The translations under genes were made by a program, and so were the position numbers. 64,000 bases of DNA, from the IMG/VR virus record IMGVR_UViG_3300027744_000008. One strand, given 5' to 3'. Position 1 is the first letter of the stretch. Every line of letters starts with the position of its first letter. The DNA is from a virus (Duplodnaviria > Heunggongvirae > Uroviricota > Caudoviricetes). Under the pieces are notes generated by a model. It made no database searches. It saw only the letters and a program-made list of their open reading frames with translations, and had not been told where the DNA came from. Shown here piece after piece: positions 10,153-19,538 of this stretch.

Positions 10153-10683
10153 ATGATACGCATTATAAAAATGGCTGTTTATCTAACAGTCGCAATTATT
10201 GTAGGGGTAGTGGCTCAACGTGCTACAGCATATAAATTGGACAATCTAAAGGAGGCTCGAATGAGCGCAAGTCCAATTACAGCACAAGTCCGCCAAACCC
10301 AACTTGATTGCCTAGCACGTAACATTTACTACGAAGCAGGTTATGAGCCTTTCGAAGGAAAAGTTGCTGTTGCACAAGTAACTATCAATCGTGCAGAAAG
10401 TGGGGATTTTCCCAGCGACATCTGTCAGGTTGTTTATCAAAAGAACATTGTTTATGAGCGAGTTCTTTGCCAATTCAGTTGGTACTGTGATAAAGCCAGT
10501 TTTAAGAAACCAATGAATGGCCCAGTCTATTACGAAAGTATGGAAGTAGCTAAAAAAGTACTGTTAGAAGGATTTAGGTTGCCTTCTATTAAAAATGCAC
10601 TCTACTTTCATGGAGACTACGTTAATCCAAAATGGGGTAAAAAACCCGTAGCAAAAATTGGTCGTCACATTTTTTATAACTAG
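10153..10683 (+). CDS. SleB-like cell wall hydrolase (Hydrolase_2 family), N-terminal membrane anchor
   Basis: LARNIYYEAGYEPFEGKVAVAQVTINRAESGDFPSDICQVVYQ...QFSWYCD matches SleB/cell-wall-hydrolase core; RBS aaaggagga. Confidence 0.7.
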   Translation: MIRIIKMAVYLTVAIIVGVVAQRATAYKLDNLKEARMSASPITAQVRQTQLDCLARNIYYEAGYEPFEGKVAVAQVTINRAESGDFPSDICQVVYQKNIVYERVLCQFSWYCDKASFKKPMNGPVYYESMEVAKKVLLEGFRLPSIKNALYFHGDYVNPKWGKKPVAKIGRHIFYN

Positions 10684-10691
10684 GAGATAAA

Positions 10692-11030
10692 ATGACATTT
10701 CTACAAAAATTCAATCAAAAAATAACAGACATGGTTGATGTTGAGAAAATTAGAATAAACCTAATCGAACATGTTCCACATCTTAGTGCGGAAACAATGG
10801 GTTGGCTAGCAGTTATTTTACTACACCTATCCACAATCCCTACACTGCTGGCCATGCTAACTGGACTAACTGAAAAGTTACCGCCAGTCGATATGGTCCT
10901 GTTTAGTTGGGTTGGATTATTCTTCTTTTTCATCAAAGGAGTAATCCAAAAAGATTGGCTAAACGTAGTTACTATTGGATTTGGATTTTTCTGCCAAGCC
11001 GCAATTATGGCATTAATCCTATTTAAATAA
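10692..11030 (+). CDS. small integral membrane protein
   Basis: three hydrophobic helices; RBS aggagataaa. Confidence 0.45.
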   Translation: MTFLQKFNQKITDMVDVEKIRINLIEHVPHLSAETMGWLAVILLHLSTIPTLLAMLTGLTEKLPPVDMVLFSWVGLFFFFIKGVIQKDWLNVVTIGFGFFCQAAIMALILFK

Positions 11031-11055
11031 CCAAAACTAGTTGACAGTCCCTTGC

Positions 11056-11091
11056 CTCTATAGTATACTATGTACTGTAGAGGCTTTTTAT
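11056..11091 (+). terminator. rho-independent terminator-like hairpin plus overlapping TTGACA-17-TATACT promoter
   Basis: cctctatagtatactatgtactgtagagg stem followed by ctttttatt; ttgacag at 11041. Confidence 0.4.
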
Positions 11092-11113
11092 TAACACACA
11101 CAGAAAGGCAAGT

Positions 11114-11242
11114 ATGAAGGCATTTATTATAGGCGTAGTTTTTGGTCTAGTATTGGCTACCGTTGGTTTCAGCGGAATGGCACGTATTATGGACAAAGGT
11201 GTAGACACAGTTAAAACACAGAGTCAGGAGTTGGCAAAATGA
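11114..11242 (+). CDS. small hydrophobic protein (42 aa), not in ORF track
   Basis: MKAFIIGVVFGLVLATVGFSG...; RBS gaaagg 8 nt upstream. Confidence 0.3.
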   Translation: MKAFIIGVVFGLVLATVGFSGMARIMDKGVDTVKTQSQELAK

Positions 11243-11835
11243 AAAAAGTATTAACACTTATACCGCTGGTAGCAATGCTAGTGGCTTGTTCGGGTATGAC
11301 AACATTAAAAACAGAAGACCTTGATCGGAAGACTGTTCCAACTTGGTACCTTGAACACGCAGATACTGGCTCTGAAATGAACGGTGTTAAGTTCTGGGAT
11401 CGTCAAGGTATGTTTTATGCAGTTGCCGAAGATGTTAGCCCTAGTATGGAAATGGCTATTAAGAAAGCTACACTCAAAGCCAAGGCTAAGATTGCTGACC
11501 GAGTCAACGGTGAAATGAACAATCGTACTACAATCAAGTATGATGAATCTGGTACACCTGACCGCCCAGTTGCACAGGCACAGGCACAGGATGTGATTGT
11601 TAACTTGATTGCTGAAAGTATTGTTCGTACCTATGGACTTGAGCAAAAAATGGTTATTTATAATCCAGAGTTGAATAACTATCGTGCATTTGTCTTGATG
11701 AAGATCAGCAAGACTGACGTAGATGCCTTAGCCGCATCCTTTGATCAAAACAAGCAGGTTAGACTGCAAGGTCGTGTTGCTGGTAAGACAGTAGACGAAA
11801 CAGCCAAAGAAGTTCTTGATCAAGCGAGAAAGTAA
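11239..11835 (+). CDS. lipoprotein (signal peptide with LVAC lipobox)
   Basis: MKKVLTLIPLVAMLVACSG lipobox; RBS caggagttgg. Confidence 0.55.
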   Translation: MKKVLTLIPLVAMLVACSGMTTLKTEDLDRKTVPTWYLEHADTGSEMNGVKFWDRQGMFYAVAEDVSPSMEMAIKKATLKAKAKIADRVNGEMNNRTTIKYDESGTPDRPVAQAQAQDVIVNLIAESIVRTYGLEQKMVIYNPELNNYRAFVLMKISKTDVDALAASFDQNKQVRLQGRVAGKTVDETAKEVLDQARK

Positions 11836-12179
11836 TGTTTTTTAAATTGATTGTATTATTACTTGCAATCTCAGCGACTGCCTGCGGATCTAACCCTCCG
11901 CGGGCTCAATCTGAACAATACTGTGACATGAAGTCGTCAACAGTATCTGTTAAGGATAAAAACGGAAAAGTTATCGATGAAAACACTGTTGAAGTTATGA
12001 AATGTAATGACAACAAAGTTGATCGATTATTCCTTGCTCAAAGCGGAATCTCTAAAGAGTGCGGCGAATACAAATACATTATGCCACTGAAAAATCAACT
12101 TGTCGAACGGAGAGGCTATGCCTGCCAAAAATATGACGGCACTTGGGAAATTGTGCCTCATCCTAGCAGTTTCCGCTAG
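11835..12179 (+). CDS. secreted/lipoprotein, Cys-containing
   Basis: signal peptide LLLAISATACGS; ORF track. Confidence 0.45.
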   Translation: MFFKLIVLLLAISATACGSNPPRAQSEQYCDMKSSTVSVKDKNGKVIDENTVEVMKCNDNKVDRLFLAQSGISKECGEYKYIMPLKNQLVERRGYACQKYDGTWEIVPHPSSFR

Positions 12180-12543
12180 TGCTCATGCACAGAGTTGGAA
12201 TCGTCCGTTGTTCGAAGACTGGCAGCGTGATGATAATGTTATAGGATTAGTGTTCAATGCCATAAAATGGCATGAATCAAAACTCAATCCAGTAAACAAT
12301 GCTTTTCACACTCAGGCTGTATACCATGCTCTTAATCACGCTGAAAACGGTGAAGAAGTAGATTGGTTCAGTGATAGATCCAATGATCGTGGCAAGGTGA
12401 GGATTGTCTACACTTGGTTGGCCAGTGGTTCAACCTGCCGTAGACTACAGCATTATATACGTACAGAATCCAATCAACGGTCATGGGCAGAGACTGCCTG
12501 CATGAATGCAAATGACGGCAGGTGGGTGTTTACGGATAAATAG
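12100..12543 (+). CDS. secreted hypothetical protein
   Basis: signal peptide ...LAVSASAHAQ; overlaps previous gene in another frame. Confidence 0.4.
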   Translation: MSNGEAMPAKNMTALGKLCLILAVSASAHAQSWNRPLFEDWQRDDNVIGLVFNAIKWHESKLNPVNNAFHTQAVYHALNHAENGEEVDWFSDRSNDRGKVRIVYTWLASGSTCRRLQHYIRTESNQRSWAETACMNANDGRWVFTDK

Positions 12544-12564
12544 TATAATAAGGAGATAGCAATT

Positions 12565-13203
12565 ATGCCATCAGGATTTCAACAAGACACTAACCAACTA
12601 AGCCCAGGACTATTTCGTATAGTCTGGATAGCTAACACTGGCACATACCCTACCGCAGACGGTAACGACAACGGTGGAATCACACCAAACAGTTCAGATA
12701 GTTTTGCAACATTGCCAACTACTCTGATTATAGCAAAAGCACGAGCACGTGGTAACATTCGTTTCCGTAACGTAGTTAATCGTTTAAGTGGTTTAGGCGA
12801 CTGCCAAATTTTAGATATTGAAACTGGTATCGCAGCTGGTGGTGCAGAACTAGTTGGCGACGATGTCGCTACAAGTTTGGCATTTACAGTTAAGTACGAA
12901 CGCACAGCGGGTATCATCGATGCCCAAAAAGCACTTAATGTACAAGAAACTGGTTCTGCTACAAACGTAGCCAGTGTGGCAATTACTACACTGGCACTTG
13001 CTATCGAAGACGCAGTTGTACGTGGATTCCGCGATACTACTACATCATCAACTCGTGTAGCATCTAGCGTTCCAGATAATAGTCAAATGTCTCTTACTGT
13101 TATAGCACCTGATACAGCCGCTGATATTTTAGCAGACGTCACAGTTGTTCAAATTGACGGTACTGAACTTATAACTATTGACGCCGCTGGCGCCGCAGAA
13201 TAA
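12565..13203 (+). CDS. hypothetical protein (Ala/Thr-rich, possibly virion-associated)
   Basis: RBS taaggagatagc; ORF track. Confidence 0.45.
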   Translation: MPSGFQQDTNQLSPGLFRIVWIANTGTYPTADGNDNGGITPNSSDSFATLPTTLIIAKARARGNIRFRNVVNRLSGLGDCQILDIETGIAAGGAELVGDDVATSLAFTVKYERTAGIIDAQKALNVQETGSATNVASVAITTLALAIEDAVVRGFRDTTTSSTRVASSVPDNSQMSLTVIAPDTAADILADVTVVQIDGTELITIDAAGAAE

Positions 13204-13215
13204 TATAAGGCAACA

Positions 13216-14442
13216 ATGATTTTAGCCTGGCTACTACTCCTTACCGGCCTCACCATCTCAGCAGTTGCAATCTACTATTCCGTAGTAGGTTTGGCTGCGA
13301 TTTTCTCAGCGGCAGTGATTCCAATTATTATCATGGGATCCGCTCTTGAAGTGGGTAAACTTGTTTGCGCCTCTTGGTTAAAAGCCAATTGGACCCGTGC
13401 TCCTGCGTACATGAAGTACTACATGATATCAGCAGTGATTATCCTGATGTTTATTACTTCAATGGGTATCTTTGGATTCTTGTCCAAAGCACACAGTGAT
13501 CAAAGTTTAGTCAGCGGTGATGTTGGCAGTAAGATTGCCATTTATGATGAAAAGATCAAAACCGCAAAGGACAATATCGATGCAAACCGTAAGGCACTTA
13601 AACAGATGGATGAGGCTGTGGACCAAGTCATGGGCCGAAGCAATGATGAAAAAGGTGCCGACAAAGCAGTTCAAATTCGAAGAGGGCAACAAAAAGAACG
13701 GGTCCGTCTTCAATCTGAGATTACAGCCGAACAGAAAATTGTTGCCGCCATTAGTGAAGAACGTGCGCCCATCGCGGCGGAGGTACGAAAAGTAGAAGCA
13801 GAAGTAGGCCCAATCAAATACATTGCCAAGTTTATCTACGGTGATAAAGGCGCAGATGAAAACATGTTGGAAAAAGCAGTAACATGGATCATTATCCTTA
13901 TTGTTATTGTATTTGATCCACTAGCAATTATTATGTTGCTGGCCGCACAGATGACATTTGGTTGGCGACGTGATGAAAAAGAAAAGCAAGAAGTGTTGCC
14001 AGTATATGTTGCTGATGTTGTCAACACACCAACTAAAGAAGAAACAGAAGACGAGCTTGAAGGACAAGAACAAGCAGAGTTCGACCGATTAAAAGCATTA
14101 GCAACTAGGGACAAAATAGAAGAACCTTGTCCCAAGTGCGGCACTATGATGATGTATGCACCAGGTATAGGACCGTACTGTCCAAATAAAGACTGTGATG
14201 TACTTGACGGTCCGGACTTATACAAAGAAACTGAATCTACTAACGAAAAGTTAATCTGGGAAAGTGTATTAATGCCCAAGGCAACTGATGCAGTTGAAGA
14301 GGCTGCAAAATGGGCCGATGAAAATAAAGATACGCAGGCCGCTGAAGAAGCTAAACAGTGGATCGAAGAAGAAGAATCAAAAAAAAAGAACAGTTACATG
14401 ATCAAGGAACAGGGCAAGCTAGTAACCAAGGAACAGAAGTAA
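13216..14442 (+). CDS. membrane protein with coiled-coil region, CxxC-x-CxxxC zinc ribbon and acidic C-terminus
   Basis: N-terminal TM helices, CPKCGTMMMYAPGIGPYCPNKDC, E/K-rich tail. Confidence 0.5.
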   Translation: MILAWLLLLTGLTISAVAIYYSVVGLAAIFSAAVIPIIIMGSALEVGKLVCASWLKANWTRAPAYMKYYMISAVIILMFITSMGIFGFLSKAHSDQSLVSGDVGSKIAIYDEKIKTAKDNIDANRKALKQMDEAVDQVMGRSNDEKGADKAVQIRRGQQKERVRLQSEITAEQKIVAAISEERAPIAAEVRKVEAEVGPIKYIAKFIYGDKGADENMLEKAVTWIIILIVIVFDPLAIIMLLAAQMTFGWRRDEKEKQEVLPVYVADVVNTPTKEETEDELEGQEQAEFDRLKALATRDKIEEPCPKCGTMMMYAPGIGPYCPNKDCDVLDGPDLYKETESTNEKLIWESVLMPKATDAVEEAAKWADENKDTQAAEEAKQWIEEEESKKKNSYMIKEQGKLVTKEQK

Positions 14443-14714
14443 CCTATGTACAAAATGGTGAGCAACAAGGAACAACAATATGGCAACGTATACAACGTGC
14501 TCGATCTAAAGATGAGTTATATAAACTGTACGGGACAAAGATATTTGATAGTTTAATTATAGATGGATCTGTGGAGTCTGATCTAGCTAACTTTATCATC
14601 GAGACACGGGACAAAGGTCCGAAATTTAGTAATTACTCAAGAGAAAATTTAGAAAGTTTTGTAGAAAGAATTTATGAGCTTAGGAAAAATCAATCTAATA
14701 ACACCACCAGATAA
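14358..14714 (+). CDS. hypothetical protein (start uncertain, overlaps upstream gene)
   Basis: ORF track only. Confidence 0.25.
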   Translation: MDRRRRIKKKEQLHDQGTGQASNQGTEVTYVQNGEQQGTTIWQRIQRARSKDELYKLYGTKIFDSLIIDGSVESDLANFIIETRDKGPKFSNYSRENLESFVERIYELRKNQSNNTTR

Positions 14715-15078
14715 GTTGTTTAATCTATCAGAAAGTTTTTTATTGGTTAAACCATCGACTACTGTAAAACAACAATTCCAAGCAATACTGAGTCAAATTA
14801 ATGACAGTGTTAATGTTTTTATCTTTGACGAAAGTGATCACGATATTGAGTGGATGCTGAGTGTAGCACAACAAGTAGATCATGTTATTTTAGATTTAGA
14901 TAACTGCGATCCATTAACTAGGCAATTTGCCACAGTTATAATGGTACAGGCTAATGTACATTACTTTACCACTGATATAGCAACTCCCTACAATTTAATA
15001 AATCGAAATCGAATTTATAATTTAGATTGGATGATTTCTATTAACAAAGACGAGGAAGAGGAAGACGACGATGAGTGA
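14674..15078 (+). CDS. hypothetical acidic protein
   Basis: ORF track; C-terminal DEEEEDDDE. Confidence 0.4.
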   Translation: MSLGKINLITPPDKLFNLSESFLLVKPSTTVKQQFQAILSQINDSVNVFIFDESDHDIEWMLSVAQQVDHVILDLDNCDPLTRQFATVIMVQANVHYFTTDIATPYNLINRNRIYNLDWMISINKDEEEEDDDE

Positions 15079-15304
15079 TTCATATCGTCCTCGTAGGAAT
15101 GCTGTCTACGTTAAAAATGATGACGTAGGCCGTGCTATTAAGAAACTCAAAAACAAAGTTGAAGAAAGTGGTCTATTAACAGATCTGCAAAGAAAAGAGT
15201 TTTACGAAAAACCCACCACTACACGTAAACGCAAGGCCGCCGCTGCCAAACAGCGTTACAAAAAGAAAGTTGCTTCAGAGCAACTACCACCTAAGCTATA
15301 CTAA
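15071..15304 (+). CDS. rpsU: 30S ribosomal protein bS21 homolog
   Basis: VYVKNDDVGRAIKKLKNKVEESGLLTDLQRKEFYEKPTTTRKRKAAAAKQRYKK matches S21 consensus (V.V.....ALRRFKR...GIL.E.RRREFYEKP..RKRK..AA.KR). Confidence 0.85.
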   Translation: MSDSYRPRRNAVYVKNDDVGRAIKKLKNKVEESGLLTDLQRKEFYEKPTTTRKRKAAAAKQRYKKKVASEQLPPKLY

Positions 15305-15319
15305 CCAAACTGATTGTTT

Positions 15320-15345
15320 TTTATAACAGTTCTGTTATAATATAG
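15320..15345 (+). promoter_or_regulatory. inverted repeat overlapping a TATAAT -10 (possible operator/promoter)
   Basis: ttataacagttctgttataat palindrome 20 nt upstream of exonuclease gene. Confidence 0.3.
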
Positions 15346-15365
15346 TATAACTACGAAAGACTTAC

Positions 15366-15890
15366 ATGGCAAAACACCTAATGGTAGACTTAGAAACTTT
15401 GGCTACCTCCCCTGATGCGGCAATACTGACAATTGGTGCAGTATTGTTTGATCCTTACTCAACAAGGGTCTATGATAAATTCTACACTAGAGTGAATCTT
15501 GAGTCTACAACAGACTTAGGTATGAAGATTGATGACTCAACTATTGAGTGGTGGAGCAAGCAATCCGCGGCTGCACAGGAAGAAGCGTTCAGCGAAGAAA
15601 ATCGTATACCAATTACAGAAGCCATTGAACAGTTCCATAAATTTGCTTGGAATTGCGAAGCATTTTGGAGTCACGGTAGTATCTTTGACATTAACATTTT
15701 AGACACTTACTATAGAAAACTAGGTAAAGCACCGCCATGGAACTATTGGCAAGTACGTGATACACGCACAGTATTTGATTTGGGCTACGATCCCGAACTA
15801 CCAAAAATCACAGCACACAATGCCCTAGAAGATGCTAATGCACAGGCCATTGGTGTACAAACAATTATGAGAAAGATAGGACGCAGATGA
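15366..15890 (+). CDS. DEDDh 3'-5' exonuclease (DnaQ-like)
   Basis: MVDLETL (Exo I D-x-E), WSHGSIFDI (Exo II), ITAHNALEDANAQA (Exo III, H..D). Confidence 0.75.
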   Translation: MAKHLMVDLETLATSPDAAILTIGAVLFDPYSTRVYDKFYTRVNLESTTDLGMKIDDSTIEWWSKQSAAAQEEAFSEENRIPITEAIEQFHKFAWNCEAFWSHGSIFDINILDTYYRKLGKAPPWNYWQVRDTRTVFDLGYDPELPKITAHNALEDANAQAIGVQTIMRKIGRR

Positions 15891-16174
15891 TAGATAATCA
15901 AACTAAAGAAGTTATGGACATTCTCCAAGAAGAATGTGCAGAAGTAATTCAAGCGGTAAGTAAGATCAGCCGCTTTGGTCTAGACAATTTTAAACCTGGT
16001 AAGCCTAAAACTAACAGGGAACACCTAGAAGAAGAACTAGGCGATATGCTGGCTATGATTGACATATTATGTAGTATGCATGTAGTTGACTCGGACAACT
16101 TACGTATTGCAAAATTAGCCAAAATTCAAAAACTAAAACAATGGTCAAACATTCAAAATCTTGAGAATGTTTGA
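15887..16174 (+). CDS. mazG: MazG-like nucleoside triphosphate pyrophosphohydrolase
   Basis: EECAEVIQAV...EELGDMLAMIDIL EExxE/ELGD MazG motifs; 95 aa. Confidence 0.75.
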   Translation: MIDNQTKEVMDILQEECAEVIQAVSKISRFGLDNFKPGKPKTNREHLEEELGDMLAMIDILCSMHVVDSDNLRIAKLAKIQKLKQWSNIQNLENV

Positions 16175-16240
16175 GATAAATAAATTTGTAGAGCGCCGTA
16201 AAGGGCCTACAAATTCTTGCTTAATTAAAGGAGAACAATT

Positions 16241-18130
16241 ATGAGCAAAATCATTGGTATCGACTTAGGTACAACAAATTCGTGTGTGGCTGTTATGGAA
16301 AACGGCAAAGCTAAGATCATTGAAAATAGCGAAGGCGCACGTACAACACCCTCAATCATTGCTTACACTGACAAAGAAATTCTAGTTGGTGCAACAGCAA
16401 AACGCCAAGCAGTAACAAATCCAAAAAACACAATCTATGCAGCCAAACGCTTAATTGGACGTAAGTTCAAAGAAGAAGCTGTACAAAAAGACATCGACCT
16501 GATGCCCTTCAAAATTACCGAAGCTAGTAACGGTGATGCTTGGGTCAGCGTAAATGACAAAGAACTAGCACCTCCACAAATTTCAGCGGAAGTACTACGT
16601 AAAATGAAAAAGACTGCTGAGGACTATCTTGGACATGAAGTAACAGAAGCAGTTATCACAGTACCGGCTTACTTTAATGACAGCCAACGTCAGGCAACCA
16701 AGGATGCAGGTAAAATTGCTGGACTGGATGTTAAACGTATTATCAATGAACCAACAGCGGCCGCATTAGCCTATGGTGTTGATAAAGAAGACAAACAAGA
16801 TCGTAAGATTGCAGTCTATGACCTAGGTGGTGGTACATTTGATATTTCAATCATTGAGATTGCCAACGTCGACGGCGATAAACAGATTGAAGTACTGTCA
16901 ACGAACGGTGATACATTCCTAGGTGGTGAAGACTTTGACCAACGTATTATGGATTACTTGGTTGATGAATTTAAGAAAGACACTGGCGTGGATCTCAAGA
17001 AAGATATGCTGTCACTACAGCGTCTAAAAGAAGCCGCAGAAAAAGCCAAGATTGAACTTTCAAGTTCGGCACAAACAGATGTTAACTTGCCCTACATTAC
17101 AGCAGATGCCAGTGGTCCTAAACATATGAATATTAAACTTACACGTAGTAAGTTTGAACAATTAGTTGAAGATCTAGTTGAACGCAGTATTGCTCCTTGC
17201 CGCATTGCACTACAGGATGCAGGCCTAAATCAAAACGCTATTGACGAAATTATTCTTGTTGGTGGACAAACACGTATGCCTAAAGTACAAGAAGCAGTTG
17301 AAAAATTCTTTGGTAAAGCACCACGCAAGGATGTTAACCCAGATGAGGCAGTGGCTGCAGGTGCCGCTATACAAGGTGCTGTTTTATCAGGCGACAAAAC
17401 AGATGTATTGTTGTTAGATGTTACACCGCTAAGTCTTGGTATTGAAACCATGGGCGGCATTATGACTAAACTGGTCACTAAAAACACCACTATCCCAACT
17501 AAGGCTAATCAAGTATTCAGTACAGCAGATGATAACCAACCTGCTGTTACTATCAAGGTCTTCCAAGGCGAGCGTGAGTTGTGTGCGTTCAATAAACTTC
17601 TAGGTGAGTTTAATTTAGAAGGGATTGAACCCGCACCACGTGGTATGCCACAGATTGAAGTTACCTTTGATATTGATGCCAACGGTATTCTTAATGTCAG
17701 CGCCAAAGACAAGAAAACTAATAAAGAAAAGAATATTGTCATTAAAGCCAACAGTGGACTAAGTGATGCTGAAGTTCAACAGATGATCCGTGAAGCAGAA
17801 GAAAATGCAGATGCTGATAAAAAGGCACGTGGGCTTATTGAAGCACGTAATGGTGCTGAGTCTCAAATTCATTCTTTAAAGAAAGATCTTGAGGAACACG
17901 GCGATAAGATCACTGAAGCTGAAAAGACTGAAATCGAAGAAGTTATCAAAACTGTACAAGAAGCAACCAATGGTAACGATGCAGAAGCTATCAATGAAGC
18001 AGTTGGTAAAATCTTCACTGTCGCTGGTCCATTGATGCAGAAGAAAACGGAGGCAGAGCAAGCCAAGGCTCAACCTCAACAAAACGAAAACGGCGACACC
18101 GTAGTTGATGCTGAATTCAAAGAAGTTTGA
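16241..18130 (+). CDS. dnaK: molecular chaperone DnaK (Hsp70)
   Basis: [36 protein letters not shown] Hsp70 signatures; 629 aa; RBS taaaggagaac. Confidence 0.95.
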   Translation: MSKIIGIDLGTTNSCVAVMENGKAKIIENSEGARTTPSIIAYTDKEILVGATAKRQAVTNPKNTIYAAKRLIGRKFKEEAVQKDIDLMPFKITEASNGDAWVSVNDKELAPPQISAEVLRKMKKTAEDYLGHEVTEAVITVPAYFNDSQRQATKDAGKIAGLDVKRIINEPTAAALAYGVDKEDKQDRKIAVYDLGGGTFDISIIEIANVDGDKQIEVLSTNGDTFLGGEDFDQRIMDYLVDEFKKDTGVDLKKDMLSLQRLKEAAEKAKIELSSSAQTDVNLPYITADASGPKHMNIKLTRSKFEQLVEDLVERSIAPCRIALQDAGLNQNAIDEIILVGGQTRMPKVQEAVEKFFGKAPRKDVNPDEAVAAGAAIQGAVLSGDKTDVLLLDVTPLSLGIETMGGIMTKLVTKNTTIPTKANQVFSTADDNQPAVTIKVFQGERELCAFNKLLGEFNLEGIEPAPRGMPQIEVTFDIDANGILNVSAKDKKTNKEKNIVIKANSGLSDAEVQQMIREAEENADADKKARGLIEARNGAESQIHSLKKDLEEHGDKITEAEKTEIEEVIKTVQEATNGNDAEAINEAVGKIFTVAGPLMQKKTEAEQAKAQPQQNENGDTVVDAEFKEV

Positions 18131-18216
18131 CACAGACACAGACAGATAGTATAATACAGATGTAGGGCGCCGATGGTCGGGCCCTACACAGTTCTTGCTT
18201 AATAAAGGAGACTAAC

Positions 18217-18636
18217 ATGCAATTAAGAACTATTGACACTGCCGCATTGGCACAACTGAGTAAAGCACTAGTAGGCTTTGATCGTTATTTTACTGCACCA
18301 CATCATCAAAATGGTAATTATCCCCCGCACAACGTTGTCAAATATGCCGACGACAGCTATGGCATTGAAGTAGCGGTAGCAGGTTTTAGCAAAGATGAGA
18401 TCACAGTAGAAGTGGATCAAGACCAACTAACAATTCGTGGCGTTAAAAATCGGCTAACTGATCCCACTTTTGAGTACTTACATCGTGGACTAGCGGCTCG
18501 TGACTTTGAACAAACATTTACTCTTGCTGAGTATATGGAAGTTCATGGCGCCAAGGTAGAAGACGGGATGTTGCAAATTGACATTCAACGAATTATGCCC
18601 GAGGCGCTCAAACCTCGACAAATTGAAATCAAATAA
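18217..18636 (+). CDS. small heat-shock protein Hsp20 (IbpA-like alpha-crystallin domain)
   Basis: alpha-crystallin-like AVAGFSKDEITVEV...LTIRG; RBS aataaaggagac. Confidence 0.75.
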   Translation: MQLRTIDTAALAQLSKALVGFDRYFTAPHHQNGNYPPHNVVKYADDSYGIEVAVAGFSKDEITVEVDQDQLTIRGVKNRLTDPTFEYLHRGLAARDFEQTFTLAEYMEVHGAKVEDGMLQIDIQRIMPEALKPRQIEIK

Positions 18637-18650
18637 GATTAAATAACAAT

Positions 18651-18677
18651 GGGGGAGGAAACTCCCCCTCTTTTAAA
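18651..18677 (+). terminator. rho-independent terminator (GNRA-loop hairpin gggggag-gaaa-ctccccc + U-run)
   Basis: seen after hsp20 stop; the track ORF start at 18649 lies inside this hairpin, so ClpS start moved to 18691. Confidence 0.6.
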
Positions 18678-18690
18678 AGAGAGTATTACT

Positions 18691-18993
18691 ATGTCCACCA
18701 CTGATATCAAAATTGACGAAAAAATTAAAGTCAAAGTCGCAGAACCTAAACGTTGGAAAGTAATTTTCCTTAATGACGACTCAACTCCTATGGATTTTGT
18801 TGTTGGCATATTAATTGAAATTTTTAAACATACAGATGCCACTGCCCGTGATATTATGATTATTGTACACGAGACAGGCAGCGGCATTGCAGGTGTTTAT
18901 AGTTTTGAAATTGCCGAAGCAAAAGCAGTAGAAGCAACACAGGCAGCACGTACTAACGGATTCCCCTTACAGATTAAACTGGAAGAAGAATGA
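18691..18993 (+). CDS. clpS: ATP-dependent Clp protease adaptor ClpS
   Basis: KRWKVIFLNDDSTPMDFVVGIL...ATARDIMIIVHETGSGIAGVYSFEIAE matches ClpS core. Confidence 0.85.
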   Translation: MSTTDIKIDEKIKVKVAEPKRWKVIFLNDDSTPMDFVVGILIEIFKHTDATARDIMIIVHETGSGIAGVYSFEIAEAKAVEATQAARTNGFPLQIKLEEE

Positions 18994-19532
18994 GTTTACG
19001 TGAAATAACACAGGATTTACACGCAGACGCAGAACGTACAATATTTGCCAAGAAACTAGTAACAGGCTCCTTTACTTCAGAAGAGTATGCTAACTATCTT
19101 TGGCAAATGGTTTTAGTATACAACGGTATAGAAGTTGCAGCCAATAGTCAGGGTATGTTAAAAAACTTACCTGACATCGAAAGAACACACAAGATATTTC
19201 AAGATTGTATAGAACTGGTTGGTATACATCACAATCTTAAATGGTTGCCCGAAACCATTGACTACTATCAATATCTATTAACACTGAATTACGACTCAGA
19301 ACGTAGGCATCTTATCAAAGCACATTTATACTGCCGTCATATGGGGGACCTGTTTGGCGGACAGATCATTGCTAAAAATTGTCCGGGACAAGGAAGATTT
19401 TATCAATTCAAAGATGCTGAAAATCTAAAAACAGCCATACGTGCTGAACTTACAGACGATCTCGGAGACGAAGCCCGTGTGGCATTTGCATGGGCCATTA
19501 AACTTATGAAAGCATTGATAAAGAATGAGTGA
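18990..19532 (+). CDS. heme oxygenase
   Basis: LHADAERTIF...YANYLWQMVLVYNGIE and AHLYCRHMGDLFGGQII align with HO-1 proximal helix (H..AE..F) and AHAYTRYLGDLSGGQ motif. Confidence 0.8.
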   Translation: MSLREITQDLHADAERTIFAKKLVTGSFTSEEYANYLWQMVLVYNGIEVAANSQGMLKNLPDIERTHKIFQDCIELVGIHHNLKWLPETIDYYQYLLTLNYDSERRHLIKAHLYCRHMGDLFGGQIIAKNCPGQGRFYQFKDAENLKTAIRAELTDDLGDEARVAFAWAIKLMKALIKNE

Positions 19533-19538
19533 ACTAGT

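Noticed and set aside
17230-18139. Antisense ORFs inside dnaK (17230-, 17509-, 17869-, 17876-)
   Set aside because: Fully embedded in a highly conserved Hsp70 coding region on the opposite strand; no RBS; typical shadow ORFs.
18649-18690. Track start of the ClpS ORF at 18649 (MGEETPPLLKESIT...)
   Set aside because: The first 30 nt form the hsp20 terminator hairpin (gggggag-gaaa-ctccccc-ucuuuu). The conserved ClpS sequence begins at the ATG at 18691.
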